Shown here: positions 8,641-18,300 of the stretch, one piece after another
Numbering within the stretch: the stretch's first letter is position 1
Layout of the letters: each line of letters begins with the position of its first letter
Source of the DNA: Lysobacterales bacterium CG02_land_8_20_14_3_00_62_12
Lineage (GTDB): Bacteria; Pseudomonadota; Gammaproteobacteria; Xanthomonadales; Ahniellaceae
Direction: 5' to 3'
Length of the DNA stretch: 31,418 nucleotides
NCBI GenBank assembly: GCA_002785585.1
Contig: PEUI01000314.1
Location: 1 to 31,418, forward strand
Translations under genes and position numbers: made by a program
Notes under the pieces: generated by a model
Told to the model about the DNA's origin: nothing
What the model saw: the letters and a program-made list of their open reading frames with translations, nothing else
Database searches by the model: none

Positions 8641-9857
8641 TCAGGCGAGCAACGCTGCCAACGGCTGCTGATCGTCTCCCAGGCGCTCGGGATCGATCGA
8701 CCGGCGTTGGTTGACAATGGTTTTGGCGGCAGCGAAGTCTTGCGCCCGGTTGACCGCGTCGATGGCGATGACGCGGCCATGCTGAAGATAGATCGCCAGA
8801 AAGCTGCGCGAAGCGGGATCACCACGCACGATCTGCTGATCGAAACCGGCACTCAGGCCGACCATTTGCAGCTTCAGATCGTATTGGTCCGACCAGAACC
8901 AGGGAGCGCTTGGGTCAGCCAGCGGTTGCCCGGCAATCACCTGGGCGACGCGGCGGCCTTGCTCGATGGCATTCGGCACCGATTCGAGGTGCCGCTGGCC
9001 GCCGAGAAATCCATGTTCGGCGCGGGCGCAGTCACCAATCGCGTAAATCGTCGGATCGCTAGTTTGCTGCCGCAGGTTGACCAGAACGCCGTCATCGACG
9101 CTGAGTCCGGCGGCGGCGGCGAGCTCGCTGTTGGCCTGAAGACCGACGCTGAGCAGTACCAAATCGGCCGCAATCGCGCCATCGGCGCAGCGCACCGCTT
9201 CGACGCGCTCGGCGTTGCCGACCAAACCCAGCACCTGCGCTTGCAAGCGCACATCGACGCCGGCCTGGCGGTGCACGTCGGCGAGAAACTTCGCCAGTAG
9301 CGGCTGCGCCACCCGCGCCAGCAGTCGCGGGGCTGCCTCCAGCACGCTGACGGCCATGCTGTTGTGTCTTGCCAACGCCGCGATTTCCAGCCCGATATAG
9401 CCACCGCCGATCACCACCAGGCGTTGTTCGGGTTTGAAATAAGGGCGTAGCTTCAGGGCATCGTTCAGGCTACGAAGACGGAACACGTTGGCGCGGTCGG
9501 CGCCGGGCAACGGCAGTTGTCGGGCACGGCCGCCGGTCGCCAAAATGAGTTGGGAATAAGCCAGGCTGCGGCCGTCGGACAAAACCACCTGGCGGTGCCG
9601 CCGATCAATTTTGTCGGCGGTGACCGAAAGCTCGATTCCAATGCCCGCCTTGGCGAATGCGGCCAGTGGTTTGATGAAGGTGCTCTCCGGTGCCTGCGTG
9701 CTACTGACAAAAGCTTTCGACAGCGGTGGCCGTCGATACGGCAGGTAGGCCTCATCGCCAATCAGGGTGATGTCCGCGTCGACGCCGTACTGGCGCAGCG
9801 CAAAGGCAGCCTCGCAACCGGCTTGACCGGCGCCGATGATGACGATGCCGGGCGCGG

Positions 9858-9861
<4 letters not shown>
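8641..9861 (-). CDS. FAD-dependent NAD(P)H-ferredoxin reductase (putidaredoxin reductase / BphA4-like), about 406 aa
   Basis: IIGAGQAG (FAD), PYRRPPLSK, VIGGGYIGLE (NADH), IYAIGD, PWFWSDQY. ATG 9861 overlaps the glmS stop (ATGA). Confidence 0.88.
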
Positions 9862-11690
<1,829 letters not shown>

Positions 11691-11720
11691 GAGGTTCAAC
11701 CCAGGGCTGTGACCGGCGCC

Positions 11721-11726
11721 ATTCTA
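11721..11726 (-). promoter_or_regulatory. Possible -10 element (TAGAAT) of the glmS promoter
   Basis: TAGAAT 30 nt upstream of the ATG. No convincing -35. Confidence 0.3.
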
Positions 11727-12033
11727 ATCGTGACCAGCAACCGAGTTGGGGCAAGGCCGTGGCAGCACCGGCCGGTGGCGGTCGGGCAACCGCGCCTGGG
11801 GCAGGCTCCGGTCTCCCCCTTGACACCTCGCCTATACTGGTCAGCCCGTTCCGATAGGAATGGGACCGGCGGCATTGGCAGCCGGCGATTTCAGCCAGCC
11901 TGCTATTGGCAGGTGCTGGCACCAAACCGATCATGAACCGGCCGCCGCGCTTGGGCGCAGCGCTGCTTGGCTGTCCGTTGTCTGCCCCCAAATACGTTAT
12001 CTATCCACAGTTCAAGTTTGCAGAGGAAGGTCT

Positions 12034-13938
12034 ATGGCCGTTATCGATTTAGAGCCGCGCGATCAGCAATCCGAGATCAAAAAGCTGATCACCAAGGGCA
12101 AAGACCAGGGTTACCTCACCTACGCCGAAGTCAATGACCATCTGCCCGACGACATCGTCGATCCGGAGCAGATCGAAGACATCATCGGCATGATCAACGA
12201 TATGGGCATCCAGGTACTGGAAGCAGCGCCGGACGTGGAAACGCTGTTGTTGCAGGAATCGTCCTCGGTACAGGACGATGAAGCCGTCACCGAAGAAGCC
12301 ATCCAGGTGCTGTCGGCGGTCGAAGAAACCGGCCGCACCACCGATCCGGTGCGCATGTACATGCGCGAGATGGGTACCGTTGAACTGCTCACCCGCGAAG
12401 GCGAAATTGTCATCGCCAAGCGCATCGAAGAAGGTTTGGCGCAAGTGCAGAACGCATTGGCGCAGTTCCCTTGGTCGATTTCGTTGTTGCTGTCCGAATA
12501 CGCGGCGCACCTCGATGGCAAGAAGCGCATGAGTGAGTTCCTCACCGGCTTCTACGATCTCGAAGCGATCGCCGCCGCCGAAGCCGCCGCCGCCGCCGCC
12601 GCCGCCGCGGTACTCGCCGAAGAATTGTTGCTGGCGATCGAAAACGGCACCGCCCAGGCCAAAGACGAAGACGACGACGAAGAAGCGCCAGCCGAAGCGG
12701 AAGAAGCCAGCCCCGGCGATACCGGTCCCGACCCGGCCGAAGTGAAACGGCGGATGGAATTGTTCGCCGAGCTGTACGAAAAGTTCAAGGCCGCCCACGC
12801 CAAAGTGGGCGCCGAAGACAAGAAAACGCTGAAGTTTCGCAGACTGATCAGCGACGAGTTCCTCAAATTGAAACTGCCCTCGATCATGATCGACGGCATG
12901 GTCAAAAAATTGCGCGAAGTGGTCAACACCATTCGTAGCCACGAGCGCGGCATCCTCGATATCGCTGTGCGCCACGGCAAAATGCCGCGCAAAGAGTTCA
13001 TCAAGGTGTTCCCGGGCAAAGAGACCAACCTGCGCTGGGTCGATAACGAATGCCGCAAAAATGTGAAATGGGCGGCCACGCTCAAAAACTACAAGGCCGA
13101 AATCCAGGAGCATCAGGAGCGACTGCTGGGCCACGAAGTTGCGCTTTTCTTGAGTCTGCCGGAGATCAAAGACATCAATCGGCACATGTCGATCGGTGAG
13201 GCCAAAGCCCGTCGTGCCAAGAAAGAGATGGTCGAAGCCAACCTGCGCCTGGTTATTTCCATCGCCAAAAAATACACCAATCGTGGCCTGCAATTCCTCG
13301 ACCTGATCCAGGAAGGCAACATCGGCCTGATGAAAGCTGTGGACAAGTTCGAATACCGTCGCGGCTACAAGTTTTCGACCTACGCCACCTGGTGGATTCG
13401 CCAGGCGATCACCCGTTCGATTGCCGATCAAGCGCGCACCATCCGGATACCGGTGCACATGATCGAGACGATCAACAAGTTGAACCGCATCAGTCGCCAG
13501 ATGTTGCAGGAAATGGGCCGCGAGCCAACGCCCGATGAGCTCGCCAAGCGCATGGAAATGCCCGAAGACAAAATCCGCAAAGTGCTCAAGATCGCCAAAG
13601 AGCCGATCTCGATGGAAACCCCGATCGGCGACGACGAAGATTCGCACCTGGGTGACTTCATCGAAGACGGCGGCGCCGAATCTCCGGTCGAATCGGCCAC
13701 CACCACCGGCCTGCAGGAAACCGTCAAGGACGTGCTGTCGGGGCTGACGCCGCGCGAAGCCAAAGTGCTGCGGATGCGCTTTGGCATCGACATGAACACC
13801 GACCACACCCTGGAAGAAGTCGGCAAACAGTTTGATGTCACCCGCGAACGCATTCGCCAGATCGAAGCCAAAGCCCTGCGCAAGCTGCGTCATCCGAGTC
13901 GCTCCGAACAACTGCGTTCGTTCCTCGATCTGGAGTGA
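12034..13938 (+). CDS. rpoD: RNA polymerase primary sigma factor sigma70, about 634 aa
   Basis: Region 1.1, [13 protein letters not shown], acidic non-conserved region, [106 protein letters not shown] precedes ATG 12034. Confidence 0.99.
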   Translation: MAVIDLEPRDQQSEIKKLITKGKDQGYLTYAEVNDHLPDDIVDPEQIEDIIGMINDMGIQVLEAAPDVETLLLQESSSVQDDEAVTEEAIQVLSAVEETGRTTDPVRMYMREMGTVELLTREGEIVIAKRIEEGLAQVQNALAQFPWSISLLLSEYAAHLDGKKRMSEFLTGFYDLEAIAAAEAAAAAAAAAVLAEELLLAIENGTAQAKDEDDDEEAPAEAEEASPGDTGPDPAEVKRRMELFAELYEKFKAAHAKVGAEDKKTLKFRRLISDEFLKLKLPSIMIDGMVKKLREVVNTIRSHERGILDIAVRHGKMPRKEFIKVFPGKETNLRWVDNECRKNVKWAATLKNYKAEIQEHQERLLGHEVALFLSLPEIKDINRHMSIGEAKARRAKKEMVEANLRLVISIAKKYTNRGLQFLDLIQEGNIGLMKAVDKFEYRRGYKFSTYATWWIRQAITRSIADQARTIRIPVHMIETINKLNRISRQMLQEMGREPTPDELAKRMEMPEDKIRKVLKIAKEPISMETPIGDDEDSHLGDFIEDGGAESPVESATTTGLQETVKDVLSGLTPREAKVLRMRFGIDMNTDHTLEEVGKQFDVTRERIRQIEAKALRKLRHPSRSEQLRSFLDLE

Positions 13939-14046
13939 CCGGGGGCGGGGGCGCTCGCGAGACCGAACACGCGCAGGGAGGCGCGGGCTGGCGCCCAGCA
14001 CCATGGATGGTTCGGTGCCGCTTCTGCGACAATCTGCCATTACGCC

Positions 14047-14248
14047 GGGCCTATGGCACGACGGTTAGGCATAGGTTGGGGTGAGCGCAGCGATGCCCAA
14101 CCAAGCCGGAGGCGGAGCAAGGTTTGGGTGGTTCGCGTTGTGGTGGGGTTTGTTGGGGTGACCGGCCGTCGCCGTTAAAGACCGCTACGCTCACCGCCAA
14201 CCTATGCGCTCTCGGTTCCAGGTTCGAGTTCTGGTGGGGTGAGGGCCC
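14047..14248 (+). pseudogene. Disrupted copy of tRNA-Ile(CAU): 5' 22 nt, REP insert, T-arm and acceptor 3' strand; anticodon arm and CCA missing
   Basis: GGGCCTATGGCACGACGGTTAG (14047-14068) and TCGGTTCCAGGTTCGAGTTCTGGTGGG (14212-14238) align to the intact tRNA with substitutions at tRNA positions 9, 14 and 61. Confidence 0.9.
14069..14207. mobile_element. REPIN-like non-autonomous element (inverted REP doublet, 139 bp)
   Basis: The ends are inverted repeats: GCATAGGTTGG-GGTGAGCG on the left versus GCATAGGTTGGCGGTGAGCG on the right, reverse-complemented. The left unit ATAG-GTTGGG-GTGAGCGCAGCGATG-CCCAAC is a GTAG-like REP hairpin. The right unit (14152-14205) carries an extra ~20 nt in its loop. 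Confidence 0.8.
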
Positions 14249-14370
14249 GCGTTCGCATGATGCCCGCAGGCATCGTGCGCGAGACCGAACGCACGCGCAG
14301 GGAGGCGCGGGCTGGCGCCCAGCACCATGGATGGTTCGGTGCCGCTTCTGCGACAATCTGCCATTACGCC

Positions 14371-14446
14371 GGGCCTATAGCACAACGGTTAGTGCAGCAG
14401 ACTCATAATCTGTCGGTTCCAGGTTCGAGTCCTGGTGGGCCCACCA
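14371..14446 (+). tRNA. ileX: tRNA-Ile2 (anticodon CAU, lysidine-modified type), 76 nt with encoded CCA
   Basis: Folds as a cloverleaf: acceptor GGGCCTA/TGGGCCC, D stem GCAC/GTGC, anticodon stem GCAGA/TCTGT with loop CTCATAA, T arm CCAGG-TTCGAGT-CCTGG, A73, CCA. The G1-C72 pair and the lack of three anticodon-stem GC pairs exclude fMet. The position after rpoD fits ileX. Ile versus elongator Met is an inference. Confidence 0.88.
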
Positions 14447-14456
14447 ATCCGCATCC

Positions 14457-14485
14457 GGAACTTTGCCCCAATAGTTAAACTCTCA
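14457..14485 (+). promoter_or_regulatory. sigmaE (RpoE/AlgU)-type promoter for dsbC: GGAACTT-N17-TCTCA
   Basis: -35 GGAACTT at 14457-14463 and -10 TCTCA at 14481-14485, 45 nt before the dsbC ATG. dsbC is a known sigmaE regulon member in E. coli. Confidence 0.62.
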
Positions 14486-14530
14486 AGCCCACCGCCCAGC
14501 CGGTGGCTGACCCCTACCCGAGGATTTCCG

Positions 14531-15262
14531 ATGCAAAAGCTTGCCCTGGCCGCACTGACGGTTGTTCTATCCAACGCCGCGCTGGCCGATGCCGCCGGCG
14601 AGCAGAAGGTGCGTGATGCGATCAAGTCGATGGTGCCAACGGCCAACATTGAAACCATCGCCGATTCGGCATTGCCCGGGTTTTTCGAGGTGGTGATCAG
14701 CGGCAACGTGCTTTACGCCAGCGCCGATGGCAAGTATTTGGTGCAGGGTCGCGTCTACGATGTAGCGCTGAAGCGCGACCTCACCGAGGGCAAAGAGGCC
14801 GGCCTGCGCAAGGGCAGCGTCGACAAGATCGGCGCCGACAAGCGGATCGTCTTTGCGGCGCGCAATCCCAAGCACCGCATCACCGTTTTCACCGATATCG
14901 ATTGCGGCTATTGCCGCAAGCTGCACCAGGAAATTGCCCAGTACAACGACCTCGGGATCAGCGTCGAGTACTTGTTCTTTCCGCGCGCCGGACTCGGTTC
15001 GCCGTCGTTTGATAAAGCGGTAACGGTGTGGTGCTCGGCGGATCGCAACCAGGCGTTGACCGATGCCAAAGCCGGCGTCGTCATCAAGCCAATCACTTGC
15101 AACAACCCGGTCACCGAGACGTTCATGCTCGGTCAGCGCGTCGGCGTCACCGGCACGCCCAGCATTGTTGCCGCCGATGGCACGCTGATTGGTGGCTACA
15201 TGCCGCCGCCGACCTTGCTGCAACGGCTGGAAGCCATTCAATCGACCGCCAAAGCGCTCTGA
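14531..15262 (+). CDS. dsbC: Periplasmic disulfide isomerase DsbC, about 243 aa
   Basis: Signal peptide MQKLALAALTVVLSNAALA, dimerisation domain, TVFTDIDCGYCRKLH active site, GVTGTP cis-Pro loop. SD GAGGA. Confidence 0.93.
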   Translation: MQKLALAALTVVLSNAALADAAGEQKVRDAIKSMVPTANIETIADSALPGFFEVVISGNVLYASADGKYLVQGRVYDVALKRDLTEGKEAGLRKGSVDKIGADKRIVFAARNPKHRITVFTDIDCGYCRKLHQEIAQYNDLGISVEYLFFPRAGLGSPSFDKAVTVWCSADRNQALTDAKAGVVIKPITCNNPVTETFMLGQRVGVTGTPSIVAADGTLIGGYMPPPTLLQRLEAIQSTAKAL

Positions 15263-15301
15263 TCGGCCAGCGCGAGTGGTGCTGCGTCGGCGCGGTTGGT
15301 T

Positions 15302-15329
15302 TTGGCCGACGCCGCGATGCCGCTATGCT
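15302..15329 (+). promoter_or_regulatory. Possible sigma70 promoter of purL (TTGGCC-N16-TATGCT)
   Basis: Hexamers at 15302-15307 and 15324-15329. An 8-bp inverted repeat GCGTCGGC/GCCGACGC (15284-15312) overlaps the -35. Confidence 0.3.
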
Positions 15330-15361
15330 CGCCCGCCTCATCTGAACCGGTAGATCCACCG

Positions 15362-18300
15362 ATGCTGCTGCTTGCGGGACATGAACACCGTTCGGCGTTT
15401 CGGCGTGAGCGGCTCGATCAAGGATTGCGCGCGGTTGTCGCCGATCTGCGGCTGGCTCAGGCGAGCAATTTTTTTGTCGTCAAGGCGGCCTCGGTAGTGA
15501 TTGATGGTGCGCGTCTCGCCAGCGTGCTGGATGCCGATACCGATGCCCCGGACGAGGTCGTCGATAGCCTCTGGGTGGTTCCCCGGATCGGCACCTTGTC
15601 GCCCTGGGCCAGCAAGGCCTTGGAGCTGTTGCGGGCGGCCGGTTTGGCCGTAGCCAGCATCGAGCAGGGCTGGCGTTATGTGGTGCCGGGGTTTTCTGCG
15701 TTGACCGCGGCGGTTAGGGCGCAGGTGCTTGCCGTGCTGCACGATCCGATGACGCAGTCGGTGTTGATGCAACGCCGTGAGCTGGCCGGGATATTCCAGG
15801 TGCAGTCACCGGCCGCGTTGCAAATAATCAGCCTCGGCGCCGAGCCGCAGCAGCAGCTTGCCGCCGCCAACCGGCAGCTTGGGTTGGCGCTCAGCGACGA
15901 CGAAATCGACTATCTCGCCGACTGCTATCAGCGCCTCGGCCGCGATCCCAGCGACGCCGAACTGATGATGTTTGCGCAGGCCAATTCCGAGCACTGCCGG
16001 CACAAGGTGTTCAATGCCAATTGGGTGATCGATGGCGCCCTCGCCGAGCGATCCCTGTTTGCCATGATCAAGACCACGCACCAGCGGCAGCCGATCGGCA
16101 CGCTGTCGGCCTACCACGACAACGCCGCGGTGATCGGTACCACGGCGGTGGCGCGTTTCTATGCCAGCGCCGCAGATCGTCAGTGGCGCGCATGCGCCGA
16201 GCCGGTCGCCATCGCCATCAAGTGCGAGACCCACAACCACCCGACCGCGATCGCGCCGTTTGCCGGTGCCAGTACCGGCAGCGGTGGCGAGATTCGCGAC
16301 GAAGGCGCGACCGGACGTGGCGCCAAGCCAAAGGCGGGGCTGACCGGCTTTACCGTGTCGCATCTGCGCATTCCCGGCTTGCCCCGGCCGTGGGAGGCGG
16401 CGCGCGAATTGCCGCCGCGCATGGCCAGCGCTTTCACCATCATGCGTGATGCGCCGCTGGGCGCGGCCGCGTTCAACAATGAATTCGGCCGCCCTGCCTT
16501 GTGCGGCTATTTTCGAGCTTTTGAACACCGCCAGGGCGCGCTCATTCGCGGTTACGACAAGCCGATCATGCTGGCCGGTGGTTTGGGCAATCTGCATCCG
16601 GATCAGGTGCAGAAACAGAAACTCCAGCAGGGCGATGCGATCATCGTGCTGGGCGGCCCGGCGATGCTGATCGGCCTCGGTGGCGGCGCGGCGTCGTCGC
16701 TGGCATCGGGAGACTCCAGCGCAGCGCTGGATTTTGCTTCGGTGCAACGCGACAACCCGGAGATGGAGCGGCGCTGCCAGGAAGTGATCGACCGCTGCTC
16801 GGCACTTCGCGCCGACAATCCGATCGTCAGCGTGCACGATGTCGGCGCTGGCGGACTGGCCAATGCGATCCCGGAACTGCTCAACGATTCCGCCGTCGGC
16901 GGGGTGATCGATTTGCGCGCGATTCCCAACGATGCGCCGGGCATGAGCCCGATGCAAATCTGGTGCAACGAGTCGCAGGAGCGTTACGTTGTTGGACTCC
17001 GGCCGCAGGATCTGCCGCGGTTCCTGGCCATCTGTCGGCGCGAACGCTGCCCGTGCGCGGTGGTTGGTCGGGCCACCCAGACAGCGCAGCTTGTGGTCGC
17101 TGATGCCCGGCTCGGCGGCAACCCGGTCGACTTGCCGATGGCCGTGCTGTTTGGCAAAGCAACGTCGCTGCAGCGCAACGCCGAACGCCTGCCGGTGGGT
17201 TCGGTTGCGCTCGCGATCGACACCAGCATCGATCACGCCCTGCGCCGCGTACTCTGCCATCCGAGCGTCGGCAGCAAGAGTTTCTTGATCAGCATCGGCG
17301 ATCGCAGCGTCGGTGGTTTGTGTGCGCGCGATCAGATGGTCGGCGCCTGGCAAACGCCGGTGGCCGATTGCGCGCTTACCCTGAGTGATTTTTCCGGATT
17401 TACTGGCGAAGCGATGGCGGTCGGTGAGCGCAGCCCGCTGGCGCTGCTGGACGCGGCTGCTTCGGCGCGCATGGCGGTAGCCGAGGCGCTGTTGAATATT
17501 GCGGCGGCGCCGATCAGCCGCCGCGAAGACATCAAACTCTCTGCCAATTGGATGGCGGCGGTGAATCATCCCGGCGAAGGCGCGGCGTTGTTCGATGCGG
17601 TGCGTGCCCTCGCCATGGAGTCGTGCCCGGCGCTCCATCTGAGCATTCCGGTTGGCAAAGATTCGCTCTCCATGCAAGCGGCTTGGCCGACACCGGCCGG
17701 CGTCCAGCGCGTGGTTTCGCCGTTGTCGTTGGTGGTGTCGGCGTTTGCACCGGTGGCCGACGTGCGTCGTGCGCTGACCCCGGAACTGCGCCTGGATGCG
17801 GGCCCGAGCCGGATCGTGCTGATCGATTTTGGCGGCGGCAAAAATCGTCTCGGTGGCAGCATTCTCGCGCAGTGCTTTGGGCAACTTGGCGAGCACGCCC
17901 CCGATCTGGATGATGCGGCCGCGCTGGCGGCTGGGTTCGATACCGTGCAACAACTCAATCGCGATGATCGCCTGCTCGCCTATCACGATCGCTCCGATGG
18001 TGGTCTGCTCGTGGCCTTGCTGGAAATGGCTTTCGCGGCGCGCTGCGGACTGGATATCGACCTGGGTACGACGCCAGAACAATCGCTCGCGGCGCTGTTC
18101 AACGAAGAACTGGGGGCGCTGATTCAAGTCCGGGAAGCGGATCTGGAAATCGTCCAGACCGCGTTTGCCGAGGCCGGATTGGCGGCCTGCTGGCGGCCGT
18201 TGGCGACACCGCGCGCGGACTCGAGCGACGTGCGTTTGCGCGACGCCAGTGGTGCCACCCTGGTTTGGTCGCTGGCGGAACTGCTCGCGCTCTGGCAGCA

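Larger units (their letters stand above)
13956..14439 (+). repeat. Tandem duplication of the tRNA leader plus tRNA (copy 1 at 13956-14238, copy 2 at 14278-14439)
   Basis: 13969-14054 is identical to 14293-14378 (86 nt). CGCGAGACCGAAC starts both copies, and copy 2 carries an extra GC. 14212-14238 matches 14413-14439 at 26 of 27 positions. Confidence 0.95.

Noticed and set aside
11766-11777. Perfect 12-bp palindrome CACCGGCCGGTG in the glmS-rpoD spacer
   Set aside because: It is almost all G/C in a GC-rich genome, has no second copy in the window, and matches no operator I know.
11820-11838. TTGACA plus TATACT as a consensus sigma70 promoter
   Set aside because: The spacer is only 7 nt, so both cannot serve one promoter.
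11691-11860. glmS ribozyme upstream of glmS
   Set aside because: I could not find the conserved core. A -10-like TAGAAT only 30 nt from the ATG leaves no room for it, and the ribozyme is mainly found in Firmicutes.
12049-14040. 663-aa antisense ORF over rpoD, and similar long antisense ORFs (855-2093, 5928-7142, 15806-18553, 19821-21560, 29605-31386, 8467-9300)
   Set aside because: These are shadow frames of well-conserved genes, caused by GC-rich codon bias that removes stops on the opposite strand. They have no recognisable motifs, SD or independent context.
14069-14207. Group I intron in tRNA-Ile(CAU), as in Azoarcus
   Set aside because: The anticodon arm is deleted rather than split, so splicing could not restore a tRNA. 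The insert is too short, has terminal inverted repeats, and shows no P7 core.
14212-14238. attL/attR scar of a tRNA-targeting integrative element
   Set aside because: The 3' tRNA fragment lies upstream of the intact gene and comes with the 5' fragment and 90 nt of leader. That fits whole-locus duplication. No integrase is nearby.
14051-14478. Small ORFs across the tRNA/REP region (14051-14356, 14124-14408, 14239-14478) and the 14435 start for dsbC
   Set aside because: They run through tRNA and repeat sequence and have no protein-like features. dsbC has a clean SD, ATG and signal peptide at 14531.
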